20,015 nucleotides of DNA, from positions 1 to 20,015 of the forward strand of contig JAWXBZ010000153.1 of NCBI GenBank assembly GCA_034440375.1. Direction: 5' to 3'. Every line of letters starts with the position of its first letter. The first letter of the stretch is position 1. Below, piece by piece: positions 1 to 8,258 of the stretch. Source of the stretch: Candidatus Eiseniibacteriota bacterium (GTDB lineage Bacteria > Eisenbacteria > RBG-16-71-46 > JABDJR01 > JAWXBZ01). The position numbers and the translations under genes were made by a program. A model generated the notes under the pieces. That model had not been told where the DNA came from. It saw nothing but the letters and a program-made list of their open reading frames with translations, and did not search any database.

Positions 1-1
1 C

Positions 2-814
2 TCCCCCGACGACACACCACAATTCCTGGCCAGCTACGACGGACCGCTGACCCTCCGTACCGTGCGACAGCCGGCCAATCGCGGTCGCGCCGCGGCGCGG
101 AACGCCGGCCTGCGGGTCGCCTCCGGCGAGTTGATAATTTTCCTGGATGATGACATGCAGGTGGTGCCCGGGTTCGTTCGCGCGCACATCGAGCATCACA
201 GGATGGCGGGCTCACGAACGAATGCCCATTCTCATGCAGAGGTTGCCAGCGCAACCACCGCTGCCGCCATCGGCAACGTCACCAACGCCCCCGAAATCAC
301 CGACAGCCCGATCATCCGCTACATGTCGACCCGTGGCGCCCAAAAAATCCGGGAGGGAGGGTCGCTTCCCTGGCGCTATTTTTCGACCAATAATTCAAGC
401 GTCCGGCTGGCGGATATCGAGGCGGTCGGCTTCTTCGACGAGGAGTTTCGGACGTACGGGTTCGAGGATCTGGAACTGGGGTACCGCCTCCACCGACGCG
501 GCCTGACGTTCGGTTTCGTGCCGGCCGCGGAGTCGCTGCACATCCACTACCACGACCTGGACGACGTTCTGAACAAGAAGGAGCTTTCGGGTGGCCGGAG
601 CCTCGACCTGTTCATCCGCAAGCATCCGGATGCCTGGCGTGAAATTCCCATGTCGCGATGGGACAACCCGGGCGCGAACCTGATTCTGAATCCGGTGTTC
701 TATGCACTTCTGAAACCGCTGGCCCGGTTCGATGCCGGGCCGATTTCGGATCGCATTTTCGATTATCTTGTCCTGTACCGGACCCTCCGGGGACTCAAGA
801 AGGCGAGGGCCTGA
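2..814 (+). CDS. Glycosyltransferase family 2 (GT-A fold), 5'-truncated by the window edge
   Basis: Frame is open from base 2 (SPDDTPQFLASYDGPLTLRTVRQPANRG...). GT2 motifs: NRGRAAARNAG, IIFLDDD (DxD), GFFDEEFRTYGFEDLELGYRL. Stop TGA at 812-814. Confidence 0.92.
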   Translation, partial: SPDDTPQFLASYDGPLTLRTVRQPANRGRAAARNAGLRVASGELIIFLDDDMQVVPGFVRAHIEHHRMAGSRTNAHSHAEVASATTAAAIGNVTNAPEITDSPIIRYMSTRGAQKIREGGSLPWRYFSTNNSSVRLADIEAVGFFDEEFRTYGFEDLELGYRLHRRGLTFGFVPAAESLHIHYHDLDDVLNKKELSGGRSLDLFIRKHPDAWREIPMSRWDNPGANLILNPVFYALLKPLARFDAGPISDRIFDYLVLYRTLRGLKKARA

Positions 815-819
815 CCGCC

Positions 820-1584
820 ATGGCCATGAAGATTGTCACTTCGGGTTTGAAGCCGCACCACCGCCTCGACTATGTGGGAATCGTGCGACAACTGATTGCG
901 TTCGTACCACCGGAACACCTGGTTGGCATCGCCATGATCACCGTATCGGGCGACCGGCCGATCGAGGACGATGACGATGTCCTCGGCCAGTACTTCGAGC
1001 GATGGGAGCGCGATCCGGCTGTCATCGTGGTCTATCTCGAGCCGATGAAGCGGGAGGCCGGGAGGTGGCTCCGGCGGTTTCCCCTCACCTGGAAGGTGTT
1101 GATCGCGCAGACGCTCTTTCACGAGATCGGCCATCACTACCAGCGCTTTTCACACGGCATTGCCAAGACCCGGCAGGAGGATCACGCCGAACTGTACGGC
1201 GAGAGGCTGGCGCGCAGGGCCTTTCCCGCCGCCTACTGGTGGATCGATCGTTACCGCCCCATGACCGCGCACCTGAACCGCCTTCTGATCCGATGGCTGA
1301 CTCTCGAGGCACGCCTGTTTCCACTGACGCGCACCCATTACGAGATTGGACGCCGTGCCTGGAACGAGGCGGACTGGGACACGGTCATTCATCACTGGGA
1401 GGAGGCGATTCGCCTCGACCCGGGCGCGTCCGGCGTGCCGCGGCTGTTGCGTGAAGCCCGCTCGATCCGCGCTCGTGAAGATCGCCAGCTCCAGCTGAAC
1501 CATGCCGCCCGCTCGAATCCGCTACGGCTGAAACACCGCCAGGCCCGCCGCGGCGGCGGGCGGAAGAAGCGGCGGCCCCGCTAG
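820..1584 (+). CDS. Hypothetical protein with HEXXH zincin-like motif, a TPR-like segment and a basic C-terminal tail
   Basis: ATG at 820 (or 826) just after the GT2 stop. TLFHEIGHH motif followed by QEDHAELY (possible third-ligand Glu). TPR-like THYEIGRRAWNEADWDTVIHHWEEAIRLDP. Tail RQARRGGGRKKRRPR. Confidence 0.7.
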   Translation: MAMKIVTSGLKPHHRLDYVGIVRQLIAFVPPEHLVGIAMITVSGDRPIEDDDDVLGQYFERWERDPAVIVVYLEPMKREAGRWLRRFPLTWKVLIAQTLFHEIGHHYQRFSHGIAKTRQEDHAELYGERLARRAFPAAYWWIDRYRPMTAHLNRLLIRWLTLEARLFPLTRTHYEIGRRAWNEADWDTVIHHWEEAIRLDPGASGVPRLLREARSIRAREDRQLQLNHAARSNPLRLKHRQARRGGGRKKRRPR

Positions 1585-2675
1585 CGGGGCGTGAGGAAGG
1601 AACCGGGGGCTTCGCCGACCAGTTCGATCGCGATGGGGCCGTCACCGACCGGCCAGGCCGTGACCAGCGTGTCGGCCATCGTATCAATCACGTAAATCAA
1701 GTCGTCGTCAAAGCCGGCCACGTACAGGCGGTCCCGATCCACGTCGAAGGCCATTCCCGAAAGCCCCTGCACGTCGAGGATCGGAAAGCCTGCGCCACGC
1801 TCGACCTGAAGCGAGGTGGCGTCGTATTTGAAGAGGCCGCCGAAGAAGGCGCTCACATAGATGTGATCACCCGCGATCACGGCCGCACCGGGCGTGGCGC
1901 CCAGTTCGATGGCGCCGAGGCTGTCGAGCGTGGAGGCATCAAGCACCCGGATCGCGCCGACACTTGCGGGTGCGTACCCCCCGTAATTACCGGTGCAGAT
2001 GACATGCAGTCGGCCGGTCTCATCGAACAGGAGATCCTGGGGATTGGTCGGTACGATGACACTGTCGACCGGCCCCGCACCACGGGAGTTGGCAAGAAGT
2101 GCGTATACCTTTCCCGGTCCAAATCGCCCCGTCGGCAGGTCGTAGCCGACGGCGGTCACGTAGATCCGGGCGCCGAGGGCCCGGACGGCTTCGGGTGTGC
2201 GTCCGATCGGACGGCGATCGTCCACAAGACCGGTAGCGGGGTCGAGAAGGGCCAGGTCACCGCCCAGCCAGTTCGTGACGGCCACGCGCCCATCGTCAAG
2301 CAGGGCCAGCCCGTAGGGATTCTGATTTGCTCCGAGGTGAATGATCGGGTCCGGCGACAGCGTGACCGCCTCGATCCCCCAGACTTCGTTATCGAGTGAA
2401 TTCGCCACCCAGAACCGCCCTCCACCCTTCTCGACCACGAGATCATTCGGGCTGTTCCCGAGGAGGAGGACCGCGTGTTCCACGACCCCGGTGGCCAGGT
2501 CGACTCGGTCCAGAGTTTCGCCGAGCGAATTGACGACGATGAGCGCGGAAGCTGGCGGGAGGCCGGGAGTCGAGGGTTCCGCCCCGCAGCCGGCAAGAAC
2601 CAGGGTGATGATAAGGAACCGACACAAGATATCCTGTGCCAGGCTGCCCCGAGTGACGCGATGGTGCCGCCTCAT
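1581..2675 (-). CDS. YncE/YVTN-family beta-propeller lipoprotein, BtuG-like putative cobalamin-binding protein
   Basis: Basic N-terminus, hydrophobic stretch and lipobox LAGC. Repeats LGNSPNDL, NQNPYGLA, IGRTPEAV, VPTNPQDL, LGATPGAA, VGDGPIAI. Last gene of the riboswitch operon; ATGA overlap with the upstream gene at 2672-2675. Confidence 0.82.
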   Translation of the reverse strand: MRRHHRVTRGSLAQDILCRFLIITLVLAGCGAEPSTPGLPPASALIVVNSLGETLDRVDLATGVVEHAVLLLGNSPNDLVVEKGGGRFWVANSLDNEVWGIEAVTLSPDPIIHLGANQNPYGLALLDDGRVAVTNWLGGDLALLDPATGLVDDRRPIGRTPEAVRALGARIYVTAVGYDLPTGRFGPGKVYALLANSRGAGPVDSVIVPTNPQDLLFDETGRLHVICTGNYGGYAPASVGAIRVLDASTLDSLGAIELGATPGAAVIAGDHIYVSAFFGGLFKYDATSLQVERGAGFPILDVQGLSGMAFDVDRDRLYVAGFDDDLIYVIDTMADTLVTAWPVGDGPIAIELVGEAPGSFLTPR

Positions 2676-4240
2676 CGCACCACCACCAGTTGCAGCGGTG
2701 CCGGGTGGCCATCCCGAGGTCGTAGCCAGTAGCTCCCGGCGGAAAGCATCCGACCTGTTTCGTCCACAGGTTGCCAGTGAATGGATTCTCCGGGAGTCAG
2801 CGTCAGACTCGTGCGTCGCCGACCGGCGACATCGAACAGGTCAGCGACGACCGGCCGGCCCGCCACCTGACTGAACCCGACCCACCGCAGCGTCGTTCCT
2901 TCCCGGACCGGATTCGGAGCCGCGGTCAACCGACCCACCGGCAAAGGCGAGCCATCCGGCACGCCGACCGGCACGACCAGGGTTCCCTCCCGGTGGTAGA
3001 TCTCATGGTTGCCGTCGCGCCGATCGCGGTAGAGAACGTGGATCGTTCCGTCCCCGGGGGCCTGGAGAGTTGGGCGGCCCGAGGAGCCGGAACCGTTGGA
3101 CACGCGGACATCTCCGGCGCCGGTGGAATCGAACGGCATACCGGCCGCGGCGCATTGGATCACGATCTCGCGGTTGGTGACCCCAAAGCGGTTGTCATGC
3201 CAGGCCAGCCAGGTACGGGCGAACTCGTCGACGGCCAGAGTTGGTTCATCCGCCGTGAAACCGGCGGGGGAGGCCGGTCGCTCGGCCGTCCACGTCCCGT
3301 CAATTTCCCGGTTGCGGGCATAAAGACGACGGATTCCCTCGCGGGCATCAACCCAGGCCACGGTGACCCGCCCGGGCCCGTCGACCACCACGACCGGCAC
3401 CGTGGCCGCCAGGCCGTGCGTCGTCAGCGGAATCGGCGGTTCGAAGTCCACGCTCCCCGCCGGGCGGTGCGTGTAATAAACCCGCCAGTTGCCCGCCGTG
3501 TCATCCTGCCAGACGACATGAAGCCCCCCGCGCCCATCCACCACCATGTCCGGAAACTGCGAGTCACCCCCCGTCATCGAGATGTTGAGATCGGCGGCAT
3601 CGCCCGGTGTCGTATTCCATCCCCCGGCGATACGGCTCTTGGTCAGGATCTCGGCCGCCTGACCGTCGAATCGAAAATCGTACCAGGCCAGATGGCAATT
3701 GCCGTTTCGTTCCATGGCGAGCGCCGGCACGTAGCCATTGTCGCCGTTCGTTTCGGGATGCGAAGTGGTGGTCAACCGGCGCTCCGCCGCCGCGCTCGTA
3801 TCCCAGGCGGCACCGGCCGGCGTTGTCTTGTAATAAACTTCGCAGTTCAGAATGCCGCCGTGCCGGTAGTCATGCCACGCAAGGTGAAGCGAATCGCCGG
3901 GCCCTGACACGATCGCCGGGAACTTGGCGCCGAGAAGATTGCCGATCCCCTCCGGCCGGAAGGGGACGACCAGTTCCGCGGCACTCCACGCCCCGCCAGA
4001 TGGCCGGCGACGCGTCATCACCTGGTAATTGCCGCGCGGCCCGTTCTGCTCGGCCCAGACGGCGTGCAGCCCGCCGGTCCCATCGATTGCCATCGTCCGC
4101 TGATTAAGTCCTGTTTCGGAATCAGTGGTCGTGCTCGTGAGCCTCTCCTCGCTTCCCCAGATGGCACCGGAGAGGAGAGTCAGCTTGAGGCGATGGGCGA
4201 GGCGGCCCAGGAACCCGTGTCGCCTGCTGGTGCGCCTCAT
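2672..4240 (-). CDS. Probable secreted seven-repeat beta-propeller protein with a C-terminal FlgD-Ig/T9SS-type-A-like domain
   Basis: Seven repeats: LHAVWAE, LHLAWHDYR, CHLAWYDFR, LHVVWQDD, VTVAWVDAR, TWLAWHDNR, IHVLYRDRR. Tail: PVGVPDG...AAPNPVREGTTL...LFDVAGRRRTSL...WQPVDETGRMLSAGSYWLR...LVVVR. Confidence 0.8.
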   Translation of the reverse strand: MRRTSRRHGFLGRLAHRLKLTLLSGAIWGSEERLTSTTTDSETGLNQRTMAIDGTGGLHAVWAEQNGPRGNYQVMTRRRPSGGAWSAAELVVPFRPEGIGNLLGAKFPAIVSGPGDSLHLAWHDYRHGGILNCEVYYKTTPAGAAWDTSAAAERRLTTTSHPETNGDNGYVPALAMERNGNCHLAWYDFRFDGQAAEILTKSRIAGGWNTTPGDAADLNISMTGGDSQFPDMVVDGRGGLHVVWQDDTAGNWRVYYTHRPAGSVDFEPPIPLTTHGLAATVPVVVVDGPGRVTVAWVDAREGIRRLYARNREIDGTWTAERPASPAGFTADEPTLAVDEFARTWLAWHDNRFGVTNREIVIQCAAAGMPFDSTGAGDVRVSNGSGSSGRPTLQAPGDGTIHVLYRDRRDGNHEIYHREGTLVVPVGVPDGSPLPVGRLTAAPNPVREGTTLRWVGFSQVAGRPVVADLFDVAGRRRTSLTLTPGESIHWQPVDETGRMLSAGSYWLRPRDGHPAPLQLVVVR

Positions 4241-4253
4241 TGCTGGCCCGGCC

Positions 4254-6218
4254 TCATCGCCCGCTCCGCCAGATCAGCGCCAGACGCCACTCGCGCCCGG
4301 GCGCCGGATAGTCCCGAAAGTCCTGGTACGCGGCGCCGGTCATGTTGAGCAGGTGCCCCTCGACGGCCATTCCGGGACGCATCGTCCAGGCGAAGCCCGC
4401 ATCACCGACCAGGTAGCCTGGAAGCGAACGGGTGTTGGCGCGCGTCGTGAAAACGGGGCCGGTGTAGCTCCACTGCGTGCTGAGCGAGATGGAGCCGAGC
4501 GGCAGGCGTCCGAGCGCATTCACCTTGTGTCGGGGTCGATAAATGAGCACGTTGCCGGCCGTGTTGGCGGCCTTGCCGGTCTCGCGCGGGTCAAGCCAGG
4601 TGTAGTTGGCTTCGAAGTCGACCCGACGCGTTGTCCCGACAACCCGGAAGCGACCGGACGCCTCGAACTCCGCACCGACGATCCGGGCGCCATCCACGTT
4701 GTGGGGCCGCCAGATGCCGGCTGCGCCCGGCTGCCACTGGATCAGGTCATGGACTCGATTCACGAAACCGGTCATGCCGAGCTTCCACGCGCCGAGCGTC
4801 ACGCCAAGACCCAGATCACCGGTCCACGACTGTTCGGGTCTCAGGTTTGGATTTCCCGCCGCCGATGCCCGGGGCGGCTGGAAGAGATCGTCGAACGAGG
4901 GGGGCCGAAAGGCGCTGCCAGCCGCCGCCCGCAACAGAACCGTGGGAGATACCCGGTGCCGCGCCATCAGCATGGGGGAGAGTCGCCCGGCAAAGTCCTC
5001 CACACCGTCCAGGCGAAGTGCCGGAATCAGTTCGGTGCGATTGTCACGCCCCAGTGTCACGGTCTGTCGGGCCCAGACCGCCGCGGAATTTCGGAGATGG
5101 TGCCCGTCGGTCGAGCTGATCAATTCATCCCGCCGCCCCTCGACGCCGGCATGCAGCAATCCGGCCTTTCCAAAATCGCGATGCTGGTCGGCGCCGATAC
5201 CCCAGCTGTCGTTGCGATGGCGATCGTCCACGGCGCCGAGTGGAAACCGGGGGTCGGCGAAACCACGTCGCCGCCGCTGGGCGAAGATTCGGACGCTGCT
5301 GCCGGCGGACGCACCGGCCAGGAGAGGGCCGCCGGCATGGAGGCCGGCAAGTGTGAGCGCCGCCGCGGAGAATTCGTCCGATTGACGCGCGGTGCCGGAG
5401 ACAAACTCGGTGCTTCCCGGTATGCCCTTGTCGCTTGATTCGTGACTGGCCGAGAGATCCAGCGAGGAGACCCACGCGGGCTGCCAGGTGACGCGGCCGG
5501 AGAGCCATTCGGAGTCGAGATCTCCCCGCACGACGGGTGTGCCGGGTATCAACGGTACGGTGCCGATCGGCGAGGGGCCATCCGATTGACAGAACCGACC
5601 GTCCAATCGCCAGTCCGCTTTGGTGTGTCCATCGGCCAGGTGAGCCGACATGAGCCGCGTGTCGAACGAGCCGTACTCGACACGCGCGCCGGCCTCCGAA
5701 CCCGCCGGAACGCCGCGTGTGACGAGGTTGATCGTCCCGCCGATCGCGTTGGCGCCATGGATGGCCGACGCGCCACCCCGCACGATCTCGATCCGTTCGA
5801 TGTTGTCGAGCGGCACGTCGGACAGGTCAACGCCACCCCCCTGGGCGGCATTGAGTCGTCGGCCGTCCATGAGCACCAGCACCTGGTCGTTCGACGAACC
5901 GCGAATCGAGATCGGCGTGAAGGAGCCGAGCCCCCCCGTTGTGGCCACCCGCACCCCGACAACCGGTCGCAGGATCTGCCCCAGGTTCATCGCACCCGAG
6001 GATTCAATGGCCCGCCGATCGATGACCGTCGTGGCCAGGGGGAGCGATGGTTCGCCAAGCCAACGCGGCGCCTCAACGGCCACCTCCGGCAGTTCAAAGA
6101 CCCCGGCGAGCGTGTCGGGCGCCGACTCGGCCGCGCTCGCGCCGACTGGCTGAATTTCGGGGACAATCAGTGCGGCGGCGACCGCGAGGGCCGCCGCCGC
6201 GTTCCAAAACGGACTCAC
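4254..6218 (-). CDS. btuB: TonB-dependent outer-membrane receptor, BtuB-like (cobalamin)
   Basis: Signal peptide, TonB-box-like ELPEVAVEA, plug motifs ISIRGSSNDQVLVLMDG and IERIEIVRGGASAIHGANAIGGTINLVT, barrel motifs AFRPPSFDDLF, GNPNLRPEQS, PAPGREW. 654 aa. Substrate inferred from the cobalamin riboswitch. GTG start overlaps the upstream TGA. Confidence 0.88.
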   Translation of the reverse strand: MSPFWNAAAALAVAAALIVPEIQPVGASAAESAPDTLAGVFELPEVAVEAPRWLGEPSLPLATTVIDRRAIESSGAMNLGQILRPVVGVRVATTGGLGSFTPISIRGSSNDQVLVLMDGRRLNAAQGGGVDLSDVPLDNIERIEIVRGGASAIHGANAIGGTINLVTRGVPAGSEAGARVEYGSFDTRLMSAHLADGHTKADWRLDGRFCQSDGPSPIGTVPLIPGTPVVRGDLDSEWLSGRVTWQPAWVSSLDLSASHESSDKGIPGSTEFVSGTARQSDEFSAAALTLAGLHAGGPLLAGASAGSSVRIFAQRRRRGFADPRFPLGAVDDRHRNDSWGIGADQHRDFGKAGLLHAGVEGRRDELISSTDGHHLRNSAAVWARQTVTLGRDNRTELIPALRLDGVEDFAGRLSPMLMARHRVSPTVLLRAAAGSAFRPPSFDDLFQPPRASAAGNPNLRPEQSWTGDLGLGVTLGAWKLGMTGFVNRVHDLIQWQPGAAGIWRPHNVDGARIVGAEFEASGRFRVVGTTRRVDFEANYTWLDPRETGKAANTAGNVLIYRPRHKVNALGRLPLGSISLSTQWSYTGPVFTTRANTRSLPGYLVGDAGFAWTMRPGMAVEGHLLNMTGAAYQDFRDYPAPGREWRLALIWRSGR

Positions 6219-7888
6219 CGGGCCAGCACGATACGGCTGGTGCGGGTTTCGAGCGGTGTGGTCAGCTTGATGAAATAGACCCCCTGCGCCAGTTCCTGTC
6301 CATCGCCGGCCTTCCCATCCCAGTCGATGGCATGGTCCCCAACATCCAGCGAACGGGCCAACGGTTGGGCAACCTCACGTCCGGCAGGGTCATGAATCGT
6401 CACGGACACCATGCCTGGTGCGCTCAACCGGAACGCCAGCCGCGCCCGACCGGCGCGAAGCGGATTGGGGGAGGGGAGAAGGAGTTGCAGGTTGCCGGAA
6501 AACGTCCCGTCCGGCCGGATCACGACGAGCGGTGCGAACGCCTCGAAGCCGCCGGAGCGATCGACGGCGATCAGCCGGTACGCCAGTTCCGACGCCCGGT
6601 CATCATCGAAAGCGCCCGGATCGTGAAACGCATATTGTCTGCCCGCGGTCAAACCGGATGTGACCACTCCGGCCGTCGTTTCACCGGTCGTCACCCAGCC
6701 CCGCTCACTCCACGGCCCGCTGGTCGTTGGTGCCCGCTCGATGCTAAATCCGACGTGCTCGAACTCGATCGATGTCTGCCACTCGAGCCTCACGTCGGCA
6801 CCGTCAGCTGTTCCCGTGAAATGGGCGAGCGTCACCGCCACCGGCTCCTCGGCATCGAACAGCACGACATCCTGCGGCCCATCACCGACCGGCAGGGCGC
6901 CCAGCAGGGTGTCGTCGCTGTTCAGCACGATCAACTGGTCGTCACCGTAAACGGCGGCATAGGTCCGGCCGGCCTGGTCGAAGTCGACACCCGCCGCGCC
7001 GGTACCGATCAGGATCGGATTGGAGCTGTCCCGAAGCGGGACCCGGCTCGACGCGTCGTAGGACAGGAGGCCCAGGAAGTAGTCGCTCAGGTAGCCGATG
7101 CCGGCGGTATTGATTGCGATGAATCCGGGCGAGCCGCCGATGTCGAGGCTGTCGATCACCGTCGCGGTTACCGGATCGATGACGAACACGCGGCCGAACG
7201 CCGAGAAGTAATTGCCGGTGCAGATGACATGAACCTCGCCGTTCGGCGCCAGCGCCAGGGCCTGCGGATTGAGTCCCACCGGCAGGGTGGCGATCACGGC
7301 GTCCGTGGCGGGGTCGATGACGCTGACCGTGCCCGGGTCGTAGCCAAACGTCGCGAAGTCGAAGCCGGTGTTGGCGACGAAGATCCGGCCCGCCGCGGCC
7401 AGCACGCCCTGCGGCGAGCGTCCGACGGCTATCGGAGCACCAACCGCGCCCGTGATCGGATCGACCGGCACCACGCGGTTGGTCAGCAGCAGCGAAACGT
7501 AGGCCCTGCCCGCTCCGGCGAAGGCGATCCCGTATGGATTCGTTCCGGCACCGGTCAGGATGGTCGGCGGATCGGGATCGACATCTCCCGCCAGGTCGAC
7601 CACATCGACCCGGTCGCTGCCGCCGCACGGCACCCAGGCATGTGAACCGAACCGCACCATTTCGCTGGGGAAGAGCCCGACCGTATCCAGGTTCAACGTC
7701 ACCGGCCCGGACGGCGCCACGGCGCTCGCCAGCGTGCGGTCGCCGCCGTGAATCAGGTAGGCGCGCTCGACCGCCAAAGCTCGCATCGGCAATCCCGAAA
7801 GCGAAATGAGCGGCAGGATCGCCGCCATGATCAACGGGGCTGAAAAGTGGGTCCGGCGCAAGTAACACGAGGGACGTCGGCAATTCAT
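6215..7888 (-). CDS. Secreted YncE/YVTN beta-propeller with an Ig-like linker domain and a C-terminal FlgD-Ig/T9SS-type-A-like domain
   Basis: SD AAGGAG 6 nt before the ATG. Sec-type signal ending ALA. YVTN-like repeats (GTNPYGIA, VGRSPQGV, VSVIDPATDAVIATLPVGLNPQAL). Middle domain EPVAVTLAHF...VRLEWQTSIEFEHVGFSIER. Tail PSPNP...IHDPAGREV...WDGKAGDGQELAQGVYFIKL...IVLAR. Confidence 0.85.
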   Translation of the reverse strand: MNCRRPSCYLRRTHFSAPLIMAAILPLISLSGLPMRALAVERAYLIHGGDRTLASAVAPSGPVTLNLDTVGLFPSEMVRFGSHAWVPCGGSDRVDVVDLAGDVDPDPPTILTGAGTNPYGIAFAGAGRAYVSLLLTNRVVPVDPITGAVGAPIAVGRSPQGVLAAAGRIFVANTGFDFATFGYDPGTVSVIDPATDAVIATLPVGLNPQALALAPNGEVHVICTGNYFSAFGRVFVIDPVTATVIDSLDIGGSPGFIAINTAGIGYLSDYFLGLLSYDASSRVPLRDSSNPILIGTGAAGVDFDQAGRTYAAVYGDDQLIVLNSDDTLLGALPVGDGPQDVVLFDAEEPVAVTLAHFTGTADGADVRLEWQTSIEFEHVGFSIERAPTTSGPWSERGWVTTGETTAGVVTSGLTAGRQYAFHDPGAFDDDRASELAYRLIAVDRSGGFEAFAPLVVIRPDGTFSGNLQLLLPSPNPLRAGRARLAFRLSAPGMVSVTIHDPAGREVAQPLARSLDVGDHAIDWDGKAGDGQELAQGVYFIKLTTPLETRTSRIVLAR

Positions 7889-8028
7889 GATGCGCTCCTT
7901 CAGAATCGGTCAGAGACCGCACCTCGCGGTCGGGAACGCTTTCAGAGGGAGAGCATGGGATCGGCACCCGGCGAGAGCCGGGTACGAGACGATGCCGGGC
8001 GGCATCGTGACGCGGGAAACCGTCCGTC

Positions 8029-8212
8029 CACCTTCCCCTCGAAGGTGTTCCGTTGGACCATTTCCCCGGCCGGTCTCCTGGCTCGCGATTCGTCCTACTT
8101 CCCGCCCCTTCCCGGAGGCCGTTCGGCCTCCAGTGGGATCTTGCGGGTTTCGTCATCGCTTACAGTGGCGGGGCCGCGTCGGATTTGAACCGACTTCCCG
8201 TTCACCGGGGAA
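8029..8212 (-). ncRNA. Cobalamin riboswitch (Cbl-I/AdoCbl-type architecture) including the P13 kissing hairpin
   Basis: Minus strand reads GGTGAACGGGAA-GTCGGTTCAAATCCGAC-GCGGCCCCGCCACTGT...CCCACTGG...CCGGGAAGG...GAGCCAGGAGACCGGCC (B12 box). Closing helix TTCCCCGG (8212-8205) pairs with CCGGGGAA (8069-8062). Hairpin CACCTTC-GAGGG-GAAGGTG (8047-8029) has a G-rich loop complementary to the L5 CCCC. Lies upstream of a TonB-dependent receptor operon. Confidence 0.96.
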
Positions 8213-8258
8213 CTTCGACGAGGAATCGCCGTCATTCGGCGAGTCCTTGCCAGTGAGA

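Noticed and set aside
658-819. Upstream extension of the HEXXH ORF to ATG 658
   Set aside because: It overlaps the GT2 gene by about 157 nt. ATG 820/826 just after the GT2 stop is more plausible.
2771-7645. Long plus-strand ORFs 2771-3907, 4125-5438, 5442-6278 and 6047-7645
   Set aside because: Antisense shadows of well-supported minus-strand genes in high-GC DNA, with Arg/Gly/Pro-rich translations and no motifs.
8178-8194. tRNA T-arm-like sequence GTCGGTTCAAATCCGAC on the minus strand
   Set aside because: It is the P4 T-loop of the cobalamin riboswitch. There is no acceptor, D or anticodon arm around it.
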